DNA of 64,000 nt from contig OZ210885.1 of NCBI GenBank assembly GCA_964658305.1, positions 6,076,001 through 6,140,000 of the forward strand, given 5' to 3'. Source of the DNA: Leptogorgia sarmentosa (lineage: Eukaryota). Under the pieces are notes generated by a model, which saw only the letters and a program-made list of their open reading frames with translations, was not told the origin of the DNA and made no database searches. The translations under genes and the position numbers were made by a program. Each line of letters opens with the position of its first letter. Within the stretch, counting starts at the first letter, position 1. Positions 50,701 to 62,363 of the stretch are shown in pieces.

Positions 50701-53236
50701 TGCAAACTTTAGTTTACATTAATTTATACTTTTCCGTAGATTATTTCCACATTAGGTTGTACTGATGCAGATCTGTGTATCTTCTCTTAGGGACACTACC
50801 TTTTTGAAACGAGGCAGTCGCCTGTACCTCAATCAAGATGATGTTGACGCCATGGAGACCTTGACTGTGACAAAGGTGCCCCCAACTCCGGTTGGCCCGG
50901 CTAGGTATGCTGTGGAGTATAATGACAAAGATCCCTTGGCATCAGTTACTGACCACTGGAACTGGAACCGTGCACAACCATGCAAAAGAAAAGGTTTTTG
51001 CAAAGAGGGAAGACGCACTTTACAAACTTGTCGTGGCTCATTAGAATGTTCTAATCAACAGTGTCCATACCGAAAAATTTACCAGCGTTCTAATCAGGTG
51101 GATTTTAGCATAAAGAAAAAATGTACACACTGCAAAGAAACTCCTACAACTATTTCCTGTTCAGCAAGAAAATACGTGGAGAATGATCGCTGTCACAAGC
51201 GAATGACAGTTATTTATATTGGCGAGCATGACTGTACTCCAAGACAAATAGAGAAAAAGCCAGACAAGCATGATGTTGAGAACATTCTTCGCACAAGACC
51301 AACAATCACCACAAGCCAACTTCAGATTGATACAGTGAGAGAAGCACTACTTAGCGGCAAGGATGCACAGGAGGTACAAGATGTGGCAATGACGTACAGC
51401 AATACAAGACATCTGTTGCATCTTCGCACCTGTGTCAACAACAAAACTAAGCCGGGAGGTTCGGATGTAGCCGCTGTCAATCTTTTGCAACAGGATTTCC
51501 AAAAACGAAATCTAGACGAGAACCTCATTTTAAAAGTTGGCGAGGATTTTGTAATTTTGTCTTCAGCACAAAAAATACGCCTGGGAGCTCTTATAACTTT
51601 GGGTTATGTGGATGAGCCTGTTAGCCTGGACGGCTGCGAGAGTCACTCAAAAGACTTCACCGAATTAGAGCTGACAACCTACTATCCAGTTCTGCGACGA
51701 AACGTTAAACTTGTAAGCATGTTTGCCCCAAAGCCAGGCGAAAACTCCGAAAACGTGGAAATTATGGTGAACACCTTTGATGAGGCGGTAAACAAAATCC
51801 TCCCATCCGTTGCCCGCGAGTACGGGATTGATCCAACTCCATTTGCTGGGAAAGGACTTGATCCCCAGTCATATGTTGGAGATGAAGGTGGGGCCCTTTG
51901 GTGTGGTCTTGCTAAAGCTAAAGGGGTCAGCGTGAAGAGTAAAACAATTTCAGACGTTTTCCACATAAAGCAAGATATTCGGCGCCACCTAAAATATTTC
52001 AAGGTAAAAAAGGATCAAGAAAACTTTCAAACCCTTATGTCTGCTGCGTGCAATGCCCCTACCTCAATCCAGGCAGATGAAGCGGAAAAGGCGCTGGAAA
52101 GGTTAATTGAAAAAAAATCTTCCAACCCTGCCAAAATGAAAAACTTTAAAAATTGGTGGTGGCGAAGACGATGTAGGTGGCAGCAGTGGTGTAAAACTGA
52201 ATCTTCAACCTCTGCATCATCTGCAGAAGTTGCCAATGCCAAGTCGCTTAGTGCCTCGGGCTTTAGGAAACGCCTGTTGGATGTGGTTACTACTGAGTGT
52301 TCAGCTGCTATCCTTGAAGCAGCTGAGATCAGAAGGCAAAGCGAAGGGTTGAAAACTGTTGGGCGAGGACCATCATCAGCTGATCGTGCACAAAATCGGG
52401 CGACAAAATTATTGTCTAGTGAAGATGCCTGTGCTACTGCTGTACAAAACATTGCCGAAAATGCCGATTTGATGACAGCAAGATCGGTTTCTTTAACTGA
52501 CATTGAAAGTGCCCACATGGATTATCGTGTGAATACTAGAGACAGTCACCGGTCAGATAAAACCAAACGCTTGTCAGGACAAGTTAAAAAAAGATCTTCA
52601 CATTCAGTGACCAAACATCAACTACGCTATTTTGAAAAAAATGTCGAAAATGTTCATATGGATCTCTTGAAATGCGATAGCAGTATGACAGAATTTAAAT
52701 TTAAATTACTGGACACCATGGGTTACCTCGAAGATATAATTCTTTCCAAAGATACAACTAGCTGTTCGTCTTCATGGTGTTCAAGCAAATGCCATCATTT
52801 ACTTTGGATCCTTCACCGAGTATTTAATTTTGATAAAAATAATCCAGTTATTTATAAGCAGAAATTTTCCAAATCTGATTGGAGTAACATTATCACGGCC
52901 TTTCCAGAAAATTTGCCTCTCGCAAACATCCCGGAAATAAATCATCAGGGGTATATTGTCAATGTTCGTAATTCAAGTATCGATGCCAAATGTGCTGTGT
53001 GCAAAAAAGAGCTGGTCAACGGGGATGTCCAGGTTGTAACTGAAGGGCCTTACAGAACAATACACCGAAAGTGGATTAAACGTACATTTTTTTTCTGCCC
53101 AACAATAAAATGCATAACAAAGGTTCCACGAAACTCGTTCATCCAACCGTATTGTCCATCAAATATGGAAATCCAATACGATGACCGTTTGACGTTAGAA
53201 CAAAGAAACTTAATCAACATTTTTAGCAAAGGATAA
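47754..53236 (+). CDS. 8-exon OTU / GCM-like Zn / MULE transposase / SWIM / PARP-like Zn-finger protein, predicted 1129 aa
   Basis: Exons 47754-47948, 48198-48386, 48811-48949, 49035-49135, 49451-49534, 49795-49899, 50131-50261, 50791-53236; all GT-AG, phase-compatible, no stops (3390 nt); GDQNRCFY..GSHY, SLDGCESH, VGDEGG, DVFH, CSSSWCSSKCHH. Confidence 0.8.
48015..48196. repeat. (TTTATTCA)n octamer microsatellite in intron 1
   Basis: About 22 perfect units ending at the splice acceptor. Confidence 0.95.
50271..50557. mobile_element. CAGGGTGT-ended MITE in intron 7, TA TSD
   Basis: TA|CAGGGTGTATCAAAAAAAGGAGACCTTTAGAAATC...GATTTCTAAAGGTCTCTTTTTTTGATACACCCTG|TA. Confidence 0.9.
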
Positions 53237-54234
53237 ATAATTGGAAAAAAAGGTTTCACTTGATCTTCATTAGAGACATATAATGGATCTATGATGTGTT
53301 GTTGTTCCTACTAACAATGTATATATAATATATAGACCGGGTCATTGCTTTCTATTTTGTTTCGTCAGATTGATGAAGATATTTTTAGATGTTTTCGATG
53401 ACAATTACAACGTTATGCCTCGTAGATTATTTAGGCTCGCCTGAAAGCATAACTTATTGTGCATGGTTACATAAGGTTTCTTGAAAAGTGGATATCATGC
53501 TCTAGATCATTTTTTCATATTAATGATATCAAAAAGTGAACAAAAACACCTAAAATTAGTTTTGTGTTATGAAATTGGTCACATAAAATCATTTTTCATG
53601 GCTCACACGCTTGGCTCGCATGACTCGCATGGCTCGCACAGTCGCACGCTTGGCTCGCATGACTCGCATGGCTCGCACGCTTGGCTCGCATGACTCGCTG
53701 GCTCGCACTATGTTAATACTCGTTTGCAGAGGGATGCCATGATATCCCTTATTTCGAACTACCAAAGTGGGTTGAGCCATAAAGGTTACACTTTACCTAT
53801 TTATACAGACGCAGAAGAGGAAAATTGGCTATTCTACTTTCCTGGTAGCTCATGTGACATTGAGAAACTGCACTTGCATGATGAAATACGCGGATACTGG
53901 TTGGACAAGAGTCAGAAAACCTCATCAGAATCAGAATTAAAGTACAAGCTTCTTGGTGTCAATTCATGCATTAAATGTTGTGTGCTGGGATGGGGAACTG
54001 CGATCTTTGAGGTTTAAGAACAACCACCCGCTATCTGATGGTGCTACAGTTATTCTGCCAACACAGTTTCATTCGTCTGTTTTAAGATGCTTAAATGAAC
54101 AAGGGTTTCTTTAATTACGAACTTTCATCATTGTCCAGATTGTATTTTTGGATAATGAAGTTGAAGTACTCTTTGAAGAACAATTACTATGTTCCCCATA
54201 GTTAGGAATAAGAGGTATAATGTAACATATTGAC

Positions 54235-54932
54235 TAGCCTGTGTCCCAGTCCACTACACCCCATTGTGAGTGGACTGTGCAATAATCTCAAATTTCCCGT
54301 CCAGCGACTTTACATAAAAGTTGTCAAATTTATGCGACGTCATCAACACGTGAGAGCATTAGTAAATTTATGCTAATAATTATATAATAAACATGGCGAC
54401 CGCCGAAATGCTCATGAATATTAAAGATACGAAGAAGCCTTTGATGTCGTTAAACATGTGTTCCAAGTAGATCAACTTTATGACGACCAGATCAGTTTGA
54501 TAAAAGCATTTTTTAATGGCTCGAATATATATTTCAATGCTCCAACAGGCTACGGAAAATCTATCGTACTATATCAATCTCTTCCATGGGTATGCGATAT
54601 ACTTCATGACGTTCGAAACTCTCGAAATGGGTCGAATACATCCAAATCCTCAGCGAATATATATCGCCGACGCTTTCATATACGATCGTTGCACAATGAA
54701 ATTGTAACACATGTTTAACGACATCAAAGGCTTCTTCGTATCTTTTATTCGTGAGCATTTCGGCGGTCGCCATGTTTCTTATATAATTATTAGCATAAAT
54801 TTACTAATGCGCTCACGTGTTGATGATGTGCGCATAAATTTAACAACTTTTATGTAAAGTCGCCGGACGGGAAATTTGAGATTTTTGCACAGTCCACTCA
54901 CAATGGGGTGTAGTGGACTGGGACACAGGCTA
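54235..54932. mobile_element. Non-autonomous AcademH-type element, ~225-bp TIRs, 9-bp TSD CATATTGAC, RecQ-like helicase remnant
   Basis: TAGCCTGTGTCCCAG...CTGGGACACAGGCTA; TSD at 54226-54234 and 54933-54941; APTGYGKS Walker A. Confidence 0.8.
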
Positions 54933-56049
54933 CATATTGACTAACTTGTTTCGTTTCACTTTATCTACAACTAAGTATGTGAGAAAAAATACAAGCAACT
55001 TATCAAAATGTCTCTGTTGTTGTCAAGGTCCAAGACAGTTATTACTATGGTCCTACATAGTTATTATAATGGTGCTAAATACTTATTACTATGATCCCAG
55101 GTAGTCATTATTATGGTGATCCTAGGTAGTCATATACATATATTTGACAAATTCTCATATTTATTCCTTCCATGACCCATACACCTTTTCCCTTCGTTTT
55201 TGATAAGGAGTTATTCCTTCATCATCGGTACAAACTTGCGAGTTATCTTCGTCGTGCTCAGTGGTGACTGCTTTTGTTGTTGCTTTTTGGCTCATATTTT
55301 GTTTATTTGCCGTCTCGCGCAAGAAAACCTTTAACGGTGTGGTACTTATAATTTTTTTGCCCGATGTAGACACACATTTAACACGAATGTTACAACGTTT
55401 AAAACGTTTCACCGGTCGTGAGATGACTGCTCCTGTACGAGTAGCCATCTTAGAAATTGCTCGGTCGAACAATCAGTGACCTGAGAACGACTTTGAGAGA
55501 TATTTAGATTAGTTAGATTATAATCTGGTTACGCTTCACTGCGACGTTCTAAAATTTAGAACGTTTGCTTCATGCGTTCCTGTTTTGTTGTTTCCTAATT
55601 GGCTATCTGTAAAACCCGGAACAGGGAATCGGGGAACGGAACGAGGAACAGGAAAACCCGGAACATGAAAAGCCGGAATCTGTAAAACCCAGAACGAGGT
55701 TTTATGGCAAAATGAGCATGTTTACTGTAACACAGTTTCTCATGTAAAATGAACTTTTGACTAAACTTGTTATGCAATTTACCATGCAGATACAGATAGA
55801 TAAAAAATTGAAACATTTTCACAACGTTCACAACGAAACCAAGACATTTATCTTTCATTTATGTACGAGTGCACTATAGCTAAAACTTCTAATTTATCCG
55901 GTTTTCGTGCTCTATGATATTTTATGCACTGCAATAAAAATCTGTCATACTTGCCGGATTAGCCATACACTTTCGATTTAGGTACAAACGATAATACTAT
56001 GATATGAATCATATATGACTTGTTAATATATATACGTATATGTTATACT

Positions 56050-56460
56050 TGTTGAAAGTATACACTCGTAAACTTTATATAGGATAAACATTGCGGACTT
56101 CAGGTTTGTTTTTTATCAGTTAAGAGTCACATGTTGGTTGGCGACCATGCTGGTTGTTGTGAACTCTCCTGAATGATAATTGTTTTGTTAACAAATAGTT
56201 TGTTTTTATATTCTTTTAAAATTATATCATTTCAAAAGGTTATGGGCCCAGGGACGTATGCGTAGGAGGTAAACAACGAACCAAAATAAAGAGGTAAAAC
56301 AAAGTTCTTCGTGATAGAAAGTTGGAAATATATTTGGTAATTGTAAATATGGCGTCAGGTTTCGATGTAAAAACGACAAGTATAATTCCGTTGAATGGCA
56401 AAAATTTCCCTACTTGGAAAGTTCAATGTCGAATGGCACTTATGAGAGATATGTCGCCAG
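56050..56460 (+). mobile_element. Copia 5' LTR + PBS + gag start
   Basis: LTR TGTTGAAA..TTTCAAAA (56050-56237), copia-type PBS GGTTATGGGCCCAG, IIPLNGKNFPTWKVQCRMAL. Confidence 0.75.
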
Positions 56461-56749
56461 ATCCAGATAAAGCCGAAGATTTAGCGAAGTTAACACTGAA
56501 TGATGTTTTTCCGCAAAAGGTGTGCAAAGAATGGTGATTCGGCTGGCCTTGTGTTAAAAGAAAAACCATGTGAACAAAAAGGTAGTACTTCTCATCTTCG
56601 GATATGCTGTCAAGCATGTGGATGTGTTTATACATTCTACACCTCAAAAACGTCCAGCATTCATTTGAAGAGAACAAGAGGTTTGTTTATACCATGAGGA
56701 GTACAGGACAAGGACATGCATCAATGGAGAGTTTTTGTGGCTTCATGAA

Positions 56750-56870
56750 CATGGTATCCAGGTTACAACTAACCTAAAATGGAACCATCATGTGGCAGCT
56801 GTATCCGCCAAAACCAATAAGATGTTGGGGTTCGTTAAGAGGTCCTGCCATGGTATTCAGGACATACCTG
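56750..56870 (+). mobile_element. Short LINE RT C-terminal fragment
   Basis: GIQVTTNLKWNHHV..KTNKMLGFVKR. Confidence 0.6.
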
Positions 56871-57851
56871 TCCGTTACACACGTTACATTTGTTTACACA
56901 ATCTATTTGAGTACAAGTTTACTCAAATAGATTGCGTAAAACTTATGTTTTACTCAACCTGAGTAACGTATAGCTTTTACGCACGTTTTAGGTGTCACTG
57001 TGAACGCATTTCGTTTTACTGAAATTTTGAGTAAATTTTACCCAACCATTAGCGGTAAAGTTACTCAGATATTGTGGGTGACTGTGAACGCATTTTCAAT
57101 CAATAATTATATGTAAACATCATTCGACGATATATTATTCAGAACAGTTAAACCATTTATGGTAACATTATTTATTCAGAACAATTTGTTAAACCATTTA
57201 TGGTAACATTATTTATTCATTTATGGGCGAAAAAATGTCTTTATCTCGAACAAAACTAGCAAGACCTATGTGGTGGGGTGAATTTTTCAAACCATTTTCA
57301 CTGTAAAATGCGAAATAACAAAGCAACGAAACTCTGCTGGTGAAATTTTGTGTTGAGATAAGTTTTGTTTATTGTAATTTTTGGGATCTTTTCCAAATGG
57401 GACATTCAGACTATCAATTCAATGTTTTCTGGCATGATAGTCAATGAGCCTATTTCAAAAGTTGGAATGAAAAAAAACAGTGTTCCACAAGCCGAGATGG
57501 TGAAAAGCTACTTGATCCATTTGACGGTAAATCAGTTAGTAAAGTGCATAAAGTATGCCAGGAGAAGGGAAGAAGCTAACTGACTAAACTAATATTCACA
57601 TGATTTTTTGTACCTGCTTTGAATTTCCAAATTAAAAATTAAGCACAATTGGAATGCCTGTTGCTATTTGATGCTGCATTTAGCAGAATTCGATATGTAA
57701 CAGAACCTGTTTTAGTAGGCAGGATTTTACCCCAAGCCATGTCTCCTATACGATAGATTTTTTTGGAATAAGAGAAACAGAAACAGAAACAAAACCGGCT
57801 CCAGTTTGAAAAATATTTTTTGACCCGGAATTTTAAATGAAATTTCACATA

Positions 57852-58290
57852 GCACTAAAAATAATGCCAGTACAACAAGTTCCAGCAGAAGCAACAACAA
57901 TGAAGCTGGCTCTAATGCTTCAGACGCTAGTATCAGTAACATCACTAATTCTAATGCTCGCACTAGCACTAGTAGTAACACTAATACCAATGCAGGGGCT
58001 AACACTAGCAGTAACACTGATGCCAATCCAGGCACTAACACTAATGGTAATGCAGGCACTAGTACTAACACTAGCAGTAACACTAATGCTAGTGCGGGCA
58101 GTAACCGTAACAGTAACACTAATGTCAATGCAAGCACTAACACTCACAATGACACTAATGCCATTACGAGCACTAAAACAAGCAGTAAAACTAATTCCAA
58201 TACAAACATGAGCAATAATAGTATCATGAACCCTAACACACCTGTGAGTACTTTGAGTTCTGGTACGCCCGAACGCGCCAACAAAGGCAC
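57852..58290 (+). other. Asn/Ser/Thr-rich low-complexity coding-like repeat (probable exon)
   Basis: ACTAAC/AGTAAC/AATGCA degenerate repeats; open frame NNASTTSSS..NTNTNAG after an AG acceptor. Confidence 0.4.
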
Positions 58291-58959
58291 AAGAATTTTC
58301 TTAATAAATGAAGGTATTAGGCTTCCCACCCATAGAGATTATAAAATGTATTCACCAGCATGAGTTTTTATACAACCAATATTTCTTTTCGAAGTGTTTT
58401 GCAATTTAGACTGTTTAATGTAGCTTAATATGTTGGGATAAACCTAGGGCAATTCGCGCGACTGGCAACTTAGCAAGGCAACCAATGCATACCAAAACAC
58501 GCATTCATATGAGAAAGCGAGCTGACCAGCTTACCGAGATCTCACTTGAATTTGTCAAGATCAGGGAAGCGGGATTAAATTTTTCCCATCATATTAACAG
58601 ACCCTATGTATACTATGACGTGTAGTTGCGGCGAGTCTCTTAGTTTGTGGCGGTACAGTGAAAAACGTTATTTTCACGCCATAAGTTCCGTTTACACTTG
58701 CAATTTTTGCTACGATTTCCAGTGGGATTTTTTTCTTTCGACAGCAGGAAAGTGGATTAATAACGAATGTTCTGAGTATATGTTTCCTCACCTGATTTAC
58801 ACCTTCACATCCATCAAAAGGAGAAAATCGCACTTGAAATTGAAGCGAAAGTTAAAACAGGTGTAAACGGTCCTGTATAGCCAGTTATAGAACTATTGTT
58901 TATTCATTGTGTTGTTGTTGAGTATTTCTGGTCCAAAGAAATGTCCCAGATTTCAACAC

Positions 58960-59485
58960 TACTGCGTCCCGCGTTTTCTGAGCTCGATACTTCAATTGCC
59001 TTCACATTGGCTTTCTTGGGATTCCTGCGCGTCAGGGAGTTTACCTACTCCAGTGCAAAGACCTTCCTTGCTGTTCATTGACATCACATTCGTCCCTAAC
59101 ATCGCCACTCCAACATCCACTCAAGTTCGCATAAAACAATCAAAGACCGATCCATGCCGCCACAGAACTACGCTCATTATCGCTCAGAGTCACTCGCCTG
59201 TATGGGCCGTCACCGCCCTACGAGAATATCTACTGAAACGAAGCCCAGCTAATCCCGATGAACCATTGTTTATGCTCTTAAACAAGGAAACTCTTATGAG
59301 AACTCTACTTAATGGTAATCTCAGAGAACTCTTAAAAACTTTAGGTTATAACGAGACAGAGTACGCCCACATAGTTTTAGAATAGGTGCAAGCTACTACA
59401 GCTGCTGCTGCTGCAAACCTATCGCCTTGGCTTATAAACTCTTGGTAGATGGCGCTCGGACTGTTATGAACTATACATCCGCACA
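58960..59485 (+). pseudogene. Tyrosine recombinase (DIRS-type), frameshifted
   Basis: AFLGFLRVREF, IKQSKTDP, HSFRIGA, LGRWRSDCYELYIR. Confidence 0.85.
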
Positions 59486-59494
59486 CATCACAGT

Positions 59495-59831
59495 GGAAAA
59501 ATCATTCAATTGCAAGGAAGAAAAGAATCAACCCTATGCCACATCCATACATTTCGACCTCAGCTTGGAATGGAACAAGCTGAATGAAAAAGGCAAAAAA
59601 TCTGCATGTTTCCTCGAGAAATATAACCACAAGATCCTGTTTAACTCCCCCTCAACCGTCCCAGTATCCAACCTACCTCAAATCGTAAGAAGATATTTCA
59701 GCGAACCAGCAACTTTGGTGGCTTATAAGGGAGGACAGTTTGAAAAAAACCTCCTGGATCAACTAGGAATTCCATCCATCAATCTGGAAAACTTTGGATG
59801 CCCAAAAGCTGAACAACTCTTCCAAAAATAG
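59495..59831 (+). pseudogene. Fragment of a Polinton-associated nuclease-like ORF
   Basis: VAYKGGQFEKNLLDQLGIPSINLENFGCPK motif recalled from Polinton-linked ORFs. Confidence 0.4.
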
Positions 59832-60982
59832 GTACACAAAGTGTATATGTATCTGCGCCTATGTATCAAATTGCATAAGGAATTGAAACTTGACGACATA
59901 TGATATCGCATTTCATGTTATTGTCTCGGGCTTAATAAACGCACAAACCCGTTTTATTACAAGATACAAAATCTGTTTTCCTGGGATTGAATGTTTCAAC
60001 CATTCTGTATGACGAAGCGTCAACATATAGTAGATATTCTGTGATCACAAATTCACAATGACACCGCGGGTCCGCGGGAATTCCAAACATGTACGGCACG
60101 CTTGAGAATCGTTGGGAAAATATACGCGCAATTTTGTCAAGACATGAACCTCTTTCATAATGTTAAATATTCGCTGTGTTCAAGATAATACAATGTATAA
60201 TTTGCGTCATGATATTTTTTCTTTGATGATCGAAATTCTATAGCAGACCTCTTTAATATATCTTTAAAAGCAATGCCAATGTATAATTTGCGTCATAATA
60301 TTTTTGTGTATAAATATCCTTAGTAAATGGTGTTCTAAACGGCGTAAACGCTTATAAATTAACCTCTATTTCTGTCAAAATACTCGTCGCTGCGGCCATT
60401 ACATTTTATTTTTATCTGGCTATTCATGCGAAATAAAATCCACGATCAAACACATCACCACTCTTTACCTCGCGCCTATATCAGCCGCCATTTTGTAATA
60501 TTTAGCCCGCAAGAACTTGCTTTGCCCTAGTGTCTAACATTTCCACATACACACAAACACACACACGGACCCGATAGCAATATATCTGCGTCACTGCGTG
60601 TGCAGATACAAAAACTTGGATGGTTGGAGACCTGTGGACACCACCTCACCCCCGACGCATAACACCATTGCAATGTGGCTAAGGTAAAAAACAAACAAAA
60701 ACGGTTCTTTTAACTCTACTTCTCCAACAAGATTTGCAACAGTTTTACATTAGAATGATTCAGATCTCCATATCTCAGGAAATATTCATTTTCTTGGAAC
60801 GGGAAATGTGTCATTGAATAGAGAATTAATTTGTCTTCAATTTGACATGCTATTTGTTGTGTTCGGATATTTAGTATATTTTTAATATGCATAAATTTGC
60901 AAAATTATCTTTTAAGCAATTAGATTAGCATTTCAAAAATTATTTAGCAATTATTTATGAAAACTTTCTGGATAGTGTTACT

Positions 60983-61426
60983 ATGGTAGGTGAACCAACA
61001 GCGCAGGATGTTAAAACATTCCTAAAACAAATGTTGAGTGAAGATGAATCCATCAGCGGTTTCTTCGAGGAAATGATGCAGTTTGGCGGTGCCATGTACT
61101 TACTTGGTAGCCATTTTACCTTCATCAAAACGATGCTCAATAATCCGGAAGCCTACGCCACCAAGGGACTGGAAACATTCTGCCCCGAAATGACCCAGTT
61201 CAAAGCGGACCCCAGTGTAAAGGGTATGAAAACGCTCCTGACAAAGACCTGCACTCGAAGTGTAGAAGCACCACGTCACGATGGAAGTGGCGTAAAAAGG
61301 AACTTAGCCGCACTGTTGGAGTCCTCGGATGAAGAGGAAGAACAAACAGCAACAGTCATTTCCACACCAGTCCTGACAAAGCCTATGAAAGGCAAGAAAA
61401 TGAAAAACAACGATGAAAATCTATAA
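60983..61426 (+). CDS. Unknown ORF, probably mobile-element derived
   Basis: 147-aa open frame with acidic/basic tail; no recognised domain. Confidence 0.3.
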   Translation: MVGEPTAQDVKTFLKQMLSEDESISGFFEEMMQFGGAMYLLGSHFTFIKTMLNNPEAYATKGLETFCPEMTQFKADPSVKGMKTLLTKTCTRSVEAPRHDGSGVKRNLAALLESSDEEEEQTATVISTPVLTKPMKGKKMKNNDENL

Positions 61427-62280
61427 AAAAACATTGACGTGAGTAAGTCAAGTTCATACAACACCACTCTTTTATCACTTATACATGGTAGACTGTTATA
61501 CTGTACCCGTAGCTATGTGTCACTATAATAATCCATATACTGTATGTTTACTTATTTTTTAGTGGCAGATGACCATGACCTGCATGGCAAGTAACTTCCA
61601 TTTTTTATGTCCTTGGTTTTAATACCAGGAGTGTCTGTGTGAATGATAGTAGTAATTACCTTGATATTAAAAGATCACATAATAGGATATACATTAATAA
61701 ATTTTTTCCATTTTAGATGCCCATGTTGACGAGGAACGAGATGGTAATAATTTAAATGGAAAATCAATCTTAATTACATCTGAAACATGTCAGCAGAGCT
61801 GTTATGAATGGTTGCCCTGACATAACAGTACATTGACAAGAACTGAAATCATATCTTTCACTTTAGATGAAGTTGCCTGGGCTAAAATGATGGAAAAAGA
61901 AGAAGGTTAACATTGGTATGCATGTCATGTACTATGAAACTAAAAATCCCAGTAGTTAGTGGATAATTGCATGCATTTAATATATTATGTTGTATCAATT
62001 TGTTATTATTAATCATTCTGATTCATGACCATGAAGATCGTTGGGGAGACCATGAAGACTGAGGCGGCCAAGGTCGTGGTGGTGACCGAGGCCGTGGCGG
62101 ATTTCATGGTATGTTAGATGCTTTATGTAGAATTAACATTGTTAGTCACATGACAAAAACCAATAAATTAAATGTCACAATATTTAACTTTAGGACAGTG
62201 TTGTAATTGTGGCCACAGAGGCCATCGTGCCAGTCACTGCACTGCAAGACACAAGCTGGCCCGGTTCACAGCTTCACTAA

Positions 62281-62363
62281 CTGCAAATTTGAAAAGTGTA
62301 ACATTTGATGTTACACTTTTCAAATTAGTGTAACATTTGATGTTACACTTTTCAAATTTGCAG
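62281..62363. repeat. Nested palindrome / hairpin
   Basis: CTGCAAATTTGAAAAGTGTAACAT..ATGTTACACTTTTCAAATTTGCAG with an internal duplicate. Confidence 0.8.

Larger units (their letters stand above)
47451..53721 (+). mobile_element. Complete Mutator-like DNA transposon with 9-bp TSD GTTTGCAGA
   Basis: TSD at 47442-47450 and 53722-53730; imperfect TIRs with GCGAG(T/C)CA repeats; flanking ORF ..LNHCLQR|DAMISL.. rejoins across the insertion. Confidence 0.88.

Noticed and set aside
47460..53710. SHASHA / HDSHGSH peptides and repeat arrays as CRISPR-like
   Set aside because: Subterminal transposon repeats without unique spacers; eukaryotic context and no cas genes.
57727..58211. Leu/Val-rich ORFs as membrane proteins
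   Set aside because: Alternate-frame readings of a low-complexity repeat.
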